Positions 35,901 through 46,600 of a stretch of DNA of 64,000 nt are shown one piece after another. Origin of the DNA: a virus (Duplodnaviria > Caudoviricetes); the IMG/VR virus record IMGVR_UViG_3300013297_000004, positions 992-64,991 of that record. One strand, given 5' to 3'. The notes below the pieces were generated by a model. The model had not been told where the DNA came from and searched no databases. It saw only the letters and a list, made by a program, of their open reading frames with translations. A program made the translations under genes and the position numbers. Within the stretch, counting starts at the first letter, position 1, and every line of letters starts with the position of its first letter.

Positions 35901-37336
35901 CAGGTCCAACCCGCTGCCGTGACGCGCGGGCGGGGCGGCCTGCGCCCCGCCATCAGACGAGCGATCTGGCGGGCGGTGTTGCCCCGGGTGCCCAGCACGC
36001 CGTACTGGTGGGCATCGGCGACGTGGCTCCAGCGGTTCTTGTCAGGCATCGGCTTGGAGATATCGAGGTTGGTCTTGCTGAAGCGGTACATGCCGTTCAT
36101 GCCGCTGACGAGCATGGGACAGCGCGACTTGTCGAAGATCATGGCGGGTCCGCCATCGCGTTGCTGCAGCAGCAATTCCTCGACGGCGCGCAGCCTCGTG
36201 TCGATATCGTTGGTACCGGCTGGGACGCACGCGAACCCCTCCTGCTTGAGGACGTCGAACCCGTTGACCTCGTCGTATTGACTTTTCGCAATGCCCGCCG
36301 GGTCGCCGATCACGACGATGGGCATGCGGGCGTAGCGCGGGTCGTTCAGCTTGGGCCTGAGGTTGGTGCGCAGGTGCGTGCGCAGGCCGATGTCCTCGGC
36401 CTTAACTTCTTCCAGCACCAGTATTTTTCCCCGGTAGTCCATCTGCATGATGATCGACCACGGGTCGCGGCCGAAGTCCTGACCGACGTAGAGGATACCG
36501 TTCGGGTTTGGTTCCAGATGATCCACAGTATGAAAACGCATGCGGAACGAACCGGCATAGACCGCCGTGCCGCTGGGGTCGGGGCCATACTCGGCATGGA
36601 CGTACCGCTTGACCCAGTTCTCGTTGTTCGAGCGCGCCAGACGTTCGTAGTACTTGCGCCCCTGCGCGATGCGTTCGGGATGGTTGACCGGCAGCTTGAG
36701 CGTATCGGCGGTCTGCAATAGCCATTCGAGGTTTTCAGCCTGAGGCGTCATCCCCCCGGGCTGGACGTAGACCTCCATGTCGACAGGTGGGTTCGTCATG
36801 GCAGCATGCCATGGCGTGCCCTCCGGCGGCATGTTGGTGTCGGCGATGATGCCGTGCCACGTCGCCCCGCCATCGGTCGGCATCGGGAACCGCCCGCAGC
36901 GACCCGCGACGTCGTCCATCAGCTCGTAGTCGATCTCAATGCACTCTGAGACCAGCGCGCCGGTCAGGTTCATCGACAGCAGGCGACGACGGTCCTCGGG
37001 CTCCTCCAAGGGCAGCAGCACCCACTCCGAGCGCACGTCGCCGAAGTGGAAGTAGATCGTGCTTTCCGACACCTTCCAGTGCGCGATGCCCGAGAACCAG
37101 TGGCTGATGTCCTTCAGCACTGTCTGCTTGAGTTGCTGCAAGGTTTGGCGCAGCAGGGCGAAGCGGGTATAGCGGAAGCCATCGAGGGCGGTGCCTTGCT
37201 GCAGCGCCCGGCGCATCAGCTCGAAGATCAGCCCGGTGGTCTTGCCCGAACCGACTGGCCCCGCGATCAGCCGGAAGAACGCATCCGACTGCATGAACTG
37301 CGAGACAGTGTGGGGCGCGTGGTAATTGATATCCAA
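35900..37336 (-). CDS. terL: terminase large subunit
   Basis: Walker A GPVGSGKT, RQTLQQLKQT, GRCGRFP, DTNMP, nuclease GQDFGRDP, GDPAG, KNRWSHVADAHQY; TTG start. Confidence 0.92.
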   Translation of the reverse strand: MDINYHAPHTVSQFMQSDAFFRLIAGPVGSGKTTGLIFELMRRALQQGTALDGFRYTRFALLRQTLQQLKQTVLKDISHWFSGIAHWKVSESTIYFHFGDVRSEWVLLPLEEPEDRRRLLSMNLTGALVSECIEIDYELMDDVAGRCGRFPMPTDGGATWHGIIADTNMPPEGTPWHAAMTNPPVDMEVYVQPGGMTPQAENLEWLLQTADTLKLPVNHPERIAQGRKYYERLARSNNENWVKRYVHAEYGPDPSGTAVYAGSFRMRFHTVDHLEPNPNGILYVGQDFGRDPWSIIMQMDYRGKILVLEEVKAEDIGLRTHLRTNLRPKLNDPRYARMPIVVIGDPAGIAKSQYDEVNGFDVLKQEGFACVPAGTNDIDTRLRAVEELLLQQRDGGPAMIFDKSRCPMLVSGMNGMYRFSKTNLDISKPMPDKNRWSHVADAHQYGVLGTRGNTARQIARLMAGRRPPRPRVTAAGWT

Positions 37337-37358
37337 GTTACGCCCCGGGCGTAACTTG
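37334..37358. repeat. extended 25-bp palindrome copy containing TerL start codon
   Basis: CAAG-TTACGCCCCGGGCGTAA-CTTG. Confidence 0.95.
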
Positions 37359-37550
37359 CATCAGCAGCGTCTCACGGTCGGTCGGCTCGCGGATGATGAT
37401 GCAGAGATCATTGCCCGGGGTCCACTTCTCCAACGCCGCTCCGGTGATGTCGAGCATCGCCAAAGCACGGGCGTCGGCATCGCTGCTGTCTTTCAACAAC
37501 ATGAGGGCGAAGGTCGTCTTGTCGGGTCGCGGTAAAGTGACGTCGGTCAT
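37338..37550 (-). CDS. small hypothetical protein; stop codon inside palindrome
   Basis: Coupled between TerS candidate and TerL. Confidence 0.55.
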   Translation of the reverse strand: MTDVTLPRPDKTTFALMLLKDSSDADARALAMLDITGAALEKWTPGNDLCIIIREPTDRETLLMQVTPGA

Positions 37551-38059
37551 AGTGAGGGGTCCTTGTCAACTAGAATGGCAGTGCCTTCGATGGTCTTGGT
37601 ATTGGTGTCCTTCTCGATGCTGACCTGCTTGTCGCCGATGTAGATGTTGAAGCGCACGCGCTCGCCCGGCAGCAGGTCCTTGGCTTCGCGTTCGCCGACC
37701 CCGGCCAGTTTCGACGCCCACTTCAGCGCCTCGATCTTGGCCGCCATCGGCTGGTTCTTGTCGTGGATCAGCTCGTAGACCTCGATGATGCTCTCCTCGA
37801 TCATGGTCGCCGCCTTGGCGCTGATCCGCTCGGTGATGGCGCGCGGCGTCGAGGCGTTCCAGATATCGAGTTCTTCCTGCAGGCGCTGCTGGAACATCGG
37901 GTGGCGCAGGATGCGGCCGTAGGTGTCCTCGTCGATCTTGTATCGCTCGCAGATTTGATCAATCGGGATGAGGTCGCGGGCGACCTCCCGGGCCATCCGC
38001 GAGGCCAGCAACTCGACGTTCACTGGGGGCGTTTCTGCGGGATTGTTTTCATCGGGCAT
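37547..38059 (-). CDS. putative terminase small subunit
   Basis: HTH-like N-terminus (IDQICERYKI), helical middle, FNIYIG beta strand; upstream of TerL. Confidence 0.6.
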   Translation of the reverse strand: MPDENNPAETPPVNVELLASRMAREVARDLIPIDQICERYKIDEDTYGRILRHPMFQQRLQEELDIWNASTPRAITERISAKAATMIEESIIEVYELIHDKNQPMAAKIEALKWASKLAGVGEREAKDLLPGERVRFNIYIGDKQVSIEKDTNTKTIEGTAILVDKDPSL

Positions 38060-38106
38060 GTCAAGTACCCTAGTAGGGTGTAGGGGACATTTCTACAGGA
38101 TGTAGC

Positions 38107-40296
38107 ATGGCTGATGTGACGCCGTTTCCGCAGCGACAGCAGCCGCCGGGGTTGGTGCGCACGGTCTCCAATGCCGAGATGATGGCAGCCGAGCGGCGTG
38201 ACATCGAGCAGCAACGACAGCTACTCCCCAACACCACCCAGTTCATCGGTCTCGCAGGTTACATCCGCCAGCAGTGGGACATGATGGTCCGCCACCGCAA
38301 CACGGTGAACGGCTGGAGCGACAGATTACTCAGCAGCCTGCGCGCCATGCAGGGCCAGTACGAGCCGCAGAAGCTGGCTGAGATCAGGAAGTTCGGCGGC
38401 TCCGAGGTATACGCGAGATTAATCGCAGCGAAGTGTCGTGGAGCTACTTCGCTGTTGCGCGATGTGTACCTTGGGGCCGACCGGGCTTGGGGGCTACAGG
38501 AGCCTTCCGATCCGACCGTGCCCAACGAGGCACTGCAGAGCATCGAGCGAATGGTGACACTGGAGGCCCAGTCGGCAGCGATGGGCTCGCCCGGCGCGCC
38601 GGAGGCGGGCGTGCCCCCGGTGCCCGGCCAGATGCCCGGCGTCGACATGATCCAGAAGCGCGTGTTCCAGCTGATGCAAGCGGCGCGCGAGGCGGCCAAG
38701 AAGCACGCTCACGAACAGACGCTGATCGCCGAAGACAAGCTGGACGAGATACTGACACAGGGCAATTTCTACGAAGCCCTTAGCGACGTCCTGATCGACA
38801 TACCGAGCTACCCGTTCGCCTGCATGAAGGGGCCGACGGTGCGCATGGTGACGGACATCACTTGGCAGGGTCGCGTACCGAACCAGACGCGCCGGGCCAA
38901 GTTGTGGTGGGAGCGGGTCTCGCCGTTTGACGTCTGGTGGACACCGGGCGTCAGCGACATCGACGCCGCCGAGATGATCCATCGCATCCGCATCACCCGC
39001 ACCGACCTCAACGACCTGATTGGCCTGCCCGGCTACAACACCGAGAACATACGCGCCGTGCTGCAGTTCTACGGCTCGGCTGGCCTGACCGAGAACTGGG
39101 ATAGCACCGACGCCTCGCGCGCCGTCATGGAGAACCGGGAGAACCCGGTGATGAACCTCTCCAGCCTGATCACGACCTTGGAGTTCCACGGCAACGTGCA
39201 GGGCCGGATGCTGCTGGAGTACGGCTTCGACGCCAGCCAAATTCCCGACCCGCTGCGCGACTACTCGGTGCAGGCGTGGCTGATCGGCCAGTATCTGATC
39301 AAGGTCCAGCTCAACCCCAACCCGCGCCGTCGCAAGCCGTTCTACGTCACCAGTTTCGAGAAGCAGCCCGGCTCGCCCATCGGCAACGGCATCCCCGACA
39401 TCGTCAGCGACCTGCAAGAAGTCTGCAACGCGACCCTGCGCGCGGTGGTGAACAACATCTCGATCTCGTCGGGACCGCAGGTCGTCATCAACGAGGACCG
39501 CCTATCGGGTCAAGAGAACACCGAGGAGATGTATCCGTGGAAGCGGTGGCGCACCACCAACCCGGCGGTGGCGGGCTCGACCGAGAAGGCCATTGACTTC
39601 TTCCAGCCGCAGTCCAACGCCAATGAATTGCTGCAGGTGTTCAATGCCTTTTACGGGTTGGCTGACGATGTTTCGGCGATCCCGAAATATCTGTCGGGCA
39701 ACTCGCCCGGAGGTGGGGCTGGGCGCACTGCCTCCGGGCTTGCCATGCTGATGGGCAACGCCAGCAAAATCCTCCAGACCGTGTGCGCCAACATCGACGG
39801 CGATATGATGAACCCGTGCCTGCGGGACCTGCTCGACCTCGTGCTGATGACCGATACGTCAGGGTTGCTGACCGGCGAGGAGCAGGTGGTGCCCAAGGGC
39901 GTCGCCGTGGCGGTCCAGCGTGAGACGATGCGCCAGCGCCAGCTGGAGTTCCTGCAGCTGACCGGCAATCCCATCGACATGCAGATCATCGGGCCCAAGG
40001 GTCGCGCGGCAGTGCTGCGCTCGGTGTCGACCGGCATCGGCCTCGACGGTGAAACCATCGTGCCCAGCGAGGACGAGATGGAGGCGCAGCAGAAGGCAGC
40101 GCAGAGCCTCGCGCAGGCAGGCGGCGTACCCGGCGCGCAGATGCAGCAGCCACAACCGCCGGGCGGGCCCGGTGGGCAGAAGGCAGCTGGTCCCCCGCCA
40201 GCAGGGGCTGGCGGAGCGGGGGGTGGACAAGCGCCGCAACAAGTGCGACCGCCTCAGCAGGGTGGACCTCGAACCAATCTTCAACAGGCTCGCTAG
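38107..40296 (+). CDS. portal protein (P22-like)
   Basis: 729 aa; ERVSPFDVW, PGSPIGNGIPDIVSDLQ..NATLRAVVNN.SISSGPQV, GRTASGLAMLM. Confidence 0.88.
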   Translation: MADVTPFPQRQQPPGLVRTVSNAEMMAAERRDIEQQRQLLPNTTQFIGLAGYIRQQWDMMVRHRNTVNGWSDRLLSSLRAMQGQYEPQKLAEIRKFGGSEVYARLIAAKCRGATSLLRDVYLGADRAWGLQEPSDPTVPNEALQSIERMVTLEAQSAAMGSPGAPEAGVPPVPGQMPGVDMIQKRVFQLMQAAREAAKKHAHEQTLIAEDKLDEILTQGNFYEALSDVLIDIPSYPFACMKGPTVRMVTDITWQGRVPNQTRRAKLWWERVSPFDVWWTPGVSDIDAAEMIHRIRITRTDLNDLIGLPGYNTENIRAVLQFYGSAGLTENWDSTDASRAVMENRENPVMNLSSLITTLEFHGNVQGRMLLEYGFDASQIPDPLRDYSVQAWLIGQYLIKVQLNPNPRRRKPFYVTSFEKQPGSPIGNGIPDIVSDLQEVCNATLRAVVNNISISSGPQVVINEDRLSGQENTEEMYPWKRWRTTNPAVAGSTEKAIDFFQPQSNANELLQVFNAFYGLADDVSAIPKYLSGNSPGGGAGRTASGLAMLMGNASKILQTVCANIDGDMMNPCLRDLLDLVLMTDTSGLLTGEEQVVPKGVAVAVQRETMRQRQLEFLQLTGNPIDMQIIGPKGRAAVLRSVSTGIGLDGETIVPSEDEMEAQQKAAQSLAQAGGVPGAQMQQPQPPGGPGGQKAAGPPPAGAGGAGGGQAPQQVRPPQQGGPRTNLQQAR

Positions 40297-40305
40297 GAGG
40301 ATCAC

Positions 40306-40653
40306 ATGGCGAAGAACAAGACCTCGACCGAGAAGGGTGCCAACTGGGGCAAGCTGGGTGGCAACAACGCGATGCACAGCTTCGCGCCGACCGGCACGCA
40401 GACACCGGGCCAGTCCTCGCAGGAAGGGCACAGCGGGTCGCGCCGAGGGATCGAGCCGCAGGCAGGTCCGAGCAACGTCATGGGCTTCAGCAAGAACGAG
40501 GCGAAGAACTCGTTCGGTGCAGGCCCACAGGAGCCGGGCTGCAGCAGCCAGTCGGGCAAGCGCGAGGAAGGCTTCGCGCACGGCGGCAAAACTTCGATGT
40601 TCGGCAATCGCGGCAGCCGTCAGGCGCGCGGAGGCTCGACCGCCCCGGAGTGA
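40306..40653 (+). CDS. small Gly/Ser-rich head-region protein with FAHGGK motif
   Basis: AGGAGG SD after portal. Confidence 0.65.
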   Translation: MAKNKTSTEKGANWGKLGGNNAMHSFAPTGTQTPGQSSQEGHSGSRRGIEPQAGPSNVMGFSKNEAKNSFGAGPQEPGCSSQSGKREEGFAHGGKTSMFGNRGSRQARGGSTAPE

Positions 40654-40656
40654 GCG

Positions 40657-40884
40657 ATGCGCAAGTTCAGGCTCAGCACGACGCCACCCGTGACGCGGGC
40701 GCTGATCGGCCGCGCCAGCCCCAAAGGCAGCAGCAACGTGGCGGGGCTGAACAAGGGCATCGACATGCCCAACCAGTCGGCGACAGAGGGCTTGAACATG
40801 TCGCCGCTCGGCTCGGCGTCGGCGAAGTACAAGCACGACACGCCGCAGCTCGGCGTGGTTAAGTTCGGAGACCCGTTCAAATGA
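40657..40884 (+). CDS. small hypothetical protein
   Basis: Tiles head operon. Confidence 0.55.
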   Translation: MRKFRLSTTPPVTRALIGRASPKGSSNVAGLNKGIDMPNQSATEGLNMSPLGSASAKYKHDTPQLGVVKFGDPFK

Positions 40885-41090
40885 CGCCGACCAACCGCAA
40901 CAAGGGCAAGGGCGGCAGAGAGGTCCTGCTGCCTAACCGGGCGGCGATGAACAAGCTGGTAGCGAACAAACCGGGTCAGCCGCCGCCGTCGATCATGAAT
41001 TTCGCTGCTGCGACACCTGACGGATTGACGGCACCCCAGACCTATCCGCAGCTGGTTCAGCTTGGGTTGAAGGGTGCTAAAATACGATGA
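40881..41090 (+). CDS. small hypothetical protein
   Basis: ATGA overlap. Confidence 0.55.
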   Translation: MTPTNRNKGKGGREVLLPNRAAMNKLVANKPGQPPPSIMNFAAATPDGLTAPQTYPQLVQLGLKGAKIR

Positions 41091-41332
41091 GCAACGACCC
41101 GATGTTCCACCTGACCATCGCGGCGTCGAACCTCAAAGTCGCCGCGCCGGACCAGTTCGAGGCCCTGATCAGGGCGTTCCAGATGCTCGAAGACAAGGCG
41201 ATGGCCGACTTACTTTCGGCTCCGTCGGTCGGCATCGTCAACGCGCAGGGCAAGGCCGATATGGTCAAGCAGCTTAAATCTCGCCTTGTGGATTGCATGG
41301 AACAGCGCAACAAATACCAGAACCGCGCGTAA
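41087..41332 (+). CDS. small helical protein typical between portal and scaffold
   Basis: ...AQGKA..VKQL pattern; position. Confidence 0.6.
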   Translation: MSNDPMFHLTIAASNLKVAAPDQFEALIRAFQMLEDKAMADLLSAPSVGIVNAQGKADMVKQLKSRLVDCMEQRNKYQNRA

Positions 41333-41343
41333 CAGGAGCCTTT

Positions 41344-42516
41344 ATGGCGCAGCCTACAACGTCAGAAACGCTTCGACTGAAAAATCCTCAGCCGCCGACT
41401 GACCCCAATATCAGCCTGCCGAAGGATGTGCGCGAAGCGGGTAAGCGGGCTGAAGTTATTCAGCAGGCACTAATTGGACAGGCTGAACCGTCTGTTCTTG
41501 ATCCCCCCAAAGAACAGAGCCCTCCCAACGGTCATGCCCCGTCCAATGAGGCGGCCCCACCGCCGCAGGCGGCTCCTGCTACTCCGCCATCGACACCTGC
41601 GCCCCCTGCCCTCCCTGCGCAGGCCCCACCGATGGAGCCGGAGCAGGAGCCGCCTGAAGTCTGGCGCAACCGCTTCCAAGCGATGAAGGGCCGCTTCGAC
41701 CAGATGTCGGAGCAGGTGCTGACGATGGGCGAGCAGCTGAACCGGCTGCAGAGCGAGAACGCGTCTTTGCGCGCCGCGCCGCCGCCGAGCCAGCCGATGC
41801 CGAGCGAGGGTCTGATCTCTGAGCAGGAGATGCAGGACTACGGACCTGAGTTCGTCGACATGGTGCGCCGCGCCGCGACCGAGGTCTCGGCTCCGCTGTA
41901 TCAGGAAATTCAGACCCTGCGGGGCCAGCTGGGTCACGTCCAGCAGGAGACTGGCAACGCCTTCCTGACCCGCATGAACGCCACCGTTGCTGGTTTGGTC
42001 CCTAATTGGCAGGAGCTGAACAGGGACGCCCGCTTCATTTCGTGGGTCCAGTTGCCAGACGTCTATTCCGGTGTTATGCGTCAACAGTTAATGCAAGACG
42101 CGTGGAACAGCGGAGACGCCAATCGAGTGGCTGCGTTCTTCCGAGCGTTCCTTGCAGAGGAGGCTGCCGTCGACCCGACGCGTGCTGGTGCACGCGCTCC
42201 CCAGCCTTATCCCGCATCGCCTGCACCGGGTATGCCCGCTGCGGTGCCCGGGGTGCCACTGGGGACGCGCCTGTCACTGGATCAACTCGCGGCTCCCGGC
42301 AGAGCCCAGTCGAGCGCGCATATGCCCGCCGATAAGCCGATGTACACCGCCCAACAAATCACCCAGTTCTACACTGAGTGCGCTGCAGGCAAATGGCGGA
42401 CGCGGGAGGCCGACAGGGCAGCCATCGACGCCGACATTATCGCCGCGCAGCATGAGGGGCGGATCATTCCTGATCAACGCTCGGTCCGCCCCATGGACTG
42501 GAACGGCAACCGCTAA
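41344..42516 (+). CDS. capsid scaffolding protein
   Basis: Pro-rich N-terminus, WRNRFQAMKGRFD coiled coil, VPNWQELN.DARFISW, IDADIIAAQHEGRI; directly upstream of capsid. Confidence 0.8.
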   Translation: MAQPTTSETLRLKNPQPPTDPNISLPKDVREAGKRAEVIQQALIGQAEPSVLDPPKEQSPPNGHAPSNEAAPPPQAAPATPPSTPAPPALPAQAPPMEPEQEPPEVWRNRFQAMKGRFDQMSEQVLTMGEQLNRLQSENASLRAAPPPSQPMPSEGLISEQEMQDYGPEFVDMVRRAATEVSAPLYQEIQTLRGQLGHVQQETGNAFLTRMNATVAGLVPNWQELNRDARFISWVQLPDVYSGVMRQQLMQDAWNSGDANRVAAFFRAFLAEEAAVDPTRAGARAPQPYPASPAPGMPAAVPGVPLGTRLSLDQLAAPGRAQSSAHMPADKPMYTAQQITQFYTECAAGKWRTREADRAAIDADIIAAQHEGRIIPDQRSVRPMDWNGNR

Positions 42517-42559
42517 AGCCGAACCGAGGGGTTGGATCGCCAACCTTTAGGAGCGCGGC

Positions 42560-43579
42560 ATGGCTGGTTTTCCTCTCGCTGGTTCGGGCACCACCCCTCC
42601 AATCTTCCCCGCCGGGTCACTTCAACCCTCCCCCGCTTACTCGGGCACCTTCATCCCCGAGATTTGGTCGGGCAAGCTGATCGAGAAGTTCTATGCCAGC
42701 ACCGTGCTGGCGGCGATCAGCAACACCGACTACGAAGGCGAGATCAAGAACCAAGGCGACACGGTTCACATCCGCACCAAGCCCACCATCACGATCCGCC
42801 CCTACCTCGTCGGCGGCCAGCTTTCCGTGGATCGCCCGGCGTCGAACATCGTCGACCTCAAGATCGACCAAGGTCTCTACTTCAACGAGATTTTGGACGA
42901 CGTCATGGAAATCCAGAGCGACATCAACCTGATGGGCATCTGGTCCGACGACGCCGCCCAGCAGATGAAAATTCAGGTCGACACCATCGTCCTGCTCTCG
43001 ATGCTCGGCCAGTGCAACGCCTCCAATCAGGGCCTCACCGCAGGCAAGCTGTCGGGCAACATCAACCTCGGCGTCACCGGCACCCCGGTGCCCGTCATCG
43101 CCAATCAGGCGGTCCCGCCGGTCGCGGGGCAGGTCACGATCCTGCAGATTATCCTGCGCATGGGGCTGGTCCTCGACGAGCAGAATATCCCCGAGACCGG
43201 GCGCTGGATCGTGATGCCTGCATGGGCAGCTGCGATGATCAAGGGGTCGGAACTGCGGCAGGCGTACCTGTCCGGCGATGACCAGTCGATCCTGCGCAAT
43301 GGGCGGCTCGGCCAGATCGACCGCTTCACCCTGTACGTCTCGAACCTCCTGCCCAAGGGCCCCGTTACCGGGCCTCCGGCGCTGGCGGCGGGCGAGTGGG
43401 CGATCTACGCCGGTCACGCGCATGGCCTGACCTTCGCGTCGCAGATCAGCAAGGTCGAGACGCTGCGGTCGGAGTTCACCTTCGGCACGCTGCTGCGCGG
43501 CCTGCAGGTGTTCGGGTCCAAGGTGATCGACGGGCTCGCTCTCGCGCAGGCCATCGTCACCGAGCCGGTGCCGGTCTAG
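42560..43579 (+). CDS. major capsid protein
   Basis: FIPEIWSGKLIEKFY..TVLAAISNTDYEGEIKNQGDTVHIR, LDEQNIPETGRW, GQIDRFTLYVSN, RGLQVFGSKVI. Confidence 0.92.
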   Translation: MAGFPLAGSGTTPPIFPAGSLQPSPAYSGTFIPEIWSGKLIEKFYASTVLAAISNTDYEGEIKNQGDTVHIRTKPTITIRPYLVGGQLSVDRPASNIVDLKIDQGLYFNEILDDVMEIQSDINLMGIWSDDAAQQMKIQVDTIVLLSMLGQCNASNQGLTAGKLSGNINLGVTGTPVPVIANQAVPPVAGQVTILQIILRMGLVLDEQNIPETGRWIVMPAWAAAMIKGSELRQAYLSGDDQSILRNGRLGQIDRFTLYVSNLLPKGPVTGPPALAAGEWAIYAGHAHGLTFASQISKVETLRSEFTFGTLLRGLQVFGSKVIDGLALAQAIVTEPVPV

Positions 43580-43598
43580 CTGGCCCTCTGAAGGCAGG

Positions 43599-43625
43599 GG
43601 ACCTTACGCCCCGGGCGTAAGGTCC
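43599..43625. repeat. extended 27-bp palindrome copy after capsid gene
   Basis: GGACC-TTACGCCCCGGGCGTAA-GGTCC. Confidence 0.95.
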
Positions 43626-43644
43626 TCTCGCATGGGAGGAAGGC

Positions 43645-46600
43645 TTGCCGACAGTCACCAACTCGCCGACGCCTCCGTCGGCACCAGCAGAGGGCGACCT
43701 GTGGTTCGATACGACCACAGGTCGTCAGTATGACTGGTACATCTCGCCCGGTACTGGGCTGGGCTCGTGGGTCCAGAGCCAGCCGACCGGCGGCGCTGTC
43801 GTGCCTACGATGGTCGGTCCGATCACCGTGCCGAGCATCCCCAGTATCAGCCCCCACGATGTTACTCGGGTTCCTACGATCACGATGTCGGCGGTGCCGC
43901 CGACCGCGCCTGTGCCGGGCGATCTGTGGTGGAACACGATCAGCGGCAAGGAATTCATCTTCTACGACGATGGTAATACCCAGCAGTGGGTTATTTCCAA
44001 TCGCCCCAGCTTCGCGCCTTTTGACGAAGCGCCTATCGACGGCAAGCAGTACGCCCGGCAGAACGCCAACTGGACCGAGAGCCTGCCGATAGTCGGCGGC
44101 GTGGTGACGGGGGAGATCGACTTCCTCGAACCGGGCGGCTTGATGCGTCACCCCGGGCCGTACCCGAACGGCTCGTGGCAGTGGTTCGACATGACCAACC
44201 CGTTGGTCAATGTGAAGCACGGTCTGATCTTCGACATCGTGACGACCAACTCGTCGAGCGAGATCAACACTAACGGCATCATTCTCAATATCTATACACC
44301 CCCCGATAACGGCGGCGACGTGTCGGGCATGTGGATCAGGCAGAGCGGCGGCGGCAACGGCCTGTCGGTCTATAATCTGTACGAGGACCGTCCTGCTGGT
44401 TTGACTGCTTACCCCAACCAAGGCTTCGCCATCGAGGCACGGGTCAGCGGCGGCAAGCACTCGATCTACTCCGAGGCGGTTAGCGGCGCTGCGTTCCTCG
44501 CAGTCATCGGCAGCACCGACGTCACCGGCTCTGGTCTGATCGTTAAGCCGCGCGCAACCGGCGACATGAACCGCCGGGCCGTTCAGGTCCTGAACGCGGC
44601 GGGCGACGCTGAAAGTTTCTACGCCAACTTGGCGGGCGATATACTCGCGAACAGCTCGCTGTTCACCGGGCAGATGATGATCGCGACGGCGACGCCGCAG
44701 ATCGCCTTTGTCGACGTGCCGTCCGGTTTGAAGAAGTACCTGCGCAGCCATGACGGCCTGCTTGAAGTCCTCAAAGACGACTACTCGGTCGCGATCTGGA
44801 CGCTGTTCGATGACGGCCGGACTTATCAAGGCGGCGTCGCTTACGCATTGACGCCGGACCCTGCGGCGTCGGCCATCGAGCTGGTCACGGCTGAGTGGGT
44901 GCGCGCCAAGGGGTATTTGGTCGGTGGTGATCTTGATTTCTTGCCACTTACCGGCGGCACCCTCACAGGCTCGCTGTCGATCAACGCTGACAACCCCATA
45001 CCATGGACGACGCCGCAGCTGCTGATCACTGGCATCCTGCCGTCGATCAGTCTTGTCGGTACCGCGCCCGAAAGTGATGCCGACAATTATGGTGGTTTCA
45101 TCGGCTTCTTCGATGGTCCCGACTATGCGACCAGCGCAGGGCGAGGCGGCATCGGTTGGTACAGCGACGGCTCGAACATTATCTCGCTGTGGCAGACCCA
45201 TCTCGGCGGCATCACGCACAAGGCCGACGGTAATTTTATCGTCAACGTCGGCAGCATGGGTTTGCTCGGTAGTCTTTTCGTCTGTTACGACAACCACATC
45301 GAGCTGACCGCACCGATCTATTTCCAGACGGTAGACGTTGACGCGGCAGATGACCGGGGTGCGACCACAGGGTGGGTCAGGGCACAAGGTTACACGACGG
45401 TCAGCGGCGGCTATCTGCCACTTTCAGGCGGCACGCTGACTGGCGATTTGAAGATCAGCGATGGCATACCCGCTCCGGCTGGCACGGGCATGTGGTTGTT
45501 CGAGACTGGCTGGATCAGCGTGTGGGGCGTTTCGCCGGGTATTGATTTTGAAACTTGGACGAACGCTGTCGGCGAAAAGAACTGGCAGATGATGTCACCG
45601 CAAGAGGCGGGCGGAGCGATCTACCTCGATGCGCTGTCGGACGATTGGCTCACGACGCAGACACGGTTCACATTTTTACGCAATGGCACCTTTGGCGCAG
45701 ATTGGCTGTCCTCGAAGGGTGCCGACATTTACGGCACCGTCGCCGACGATCCCTTCATTGCGCTGTCGGCGACTGACGCGCCCGCCAACCGGCGGTTCTG
45801 GAATATGGTCACGAGCGGTGGCGACCTCCTCGCGATCTTCTTGGATGACGCCTTCGCGACGCAGTCGTTCATCCGGTATTACCGCACGGGCGGCGTTGAT
45901 CTGCACGGCGATCTGCTTATTGACGTTGGTACGACGACCAGCGTGAGCGCGCTCGGCATCGTCAACCGTGGCGCGAACGGCGCGGCCATCAGGCTGAGCG
46001 ACGGCACGACGAACCGCTACATCCGCTCAGTTGCGGGCTTCTTGCAGTTTATGAACAGCACGTTCTCGGCGGCTGTTTTCAGCATTGATGACACCGGCAA
46101 TACCTCGCAACCCGGCCTCGCCCATGCTGGCGGGACTATCCCCCCGACCTCCAACGACGACACGCTGATCACGTCGGCGTGGGCGCGCACCAATATTACT
46201 GGCGGCGGTGGTGGCGGCGCGCCGACCGGCCCTGCTGGCGGCGCGCTGGCAGGCACTTACCCCAACCCGACGCTGGTCGGCGGACCGCTGTCGAACTACC
46301 AGACCATCGCGGGCATGCCGACGTCCTTGCCGCCGTCTGGTGCGGCAGGGGGTGCGCTGTCGGGCACCTACCCCAACCCGGGTTTGTCGTGGATCAGTCG
46401 CACCGCCGCACAGACCCTCGCTATCGGCACGGGCGGCACGCTGGGGAGCAACGCCTTCACGTCGACGGCCTACCAGCCCGCCGGGTCATATCAGACTGCA
46501 GACGCCACTCTGACCGCTCTGGCGGGCATCGCTGCGACGGCAGGGGTGATCGAGCAGACGTCGGGTGACGTGTTTGGCATCCGGCTGATCGGCGTCGCCA

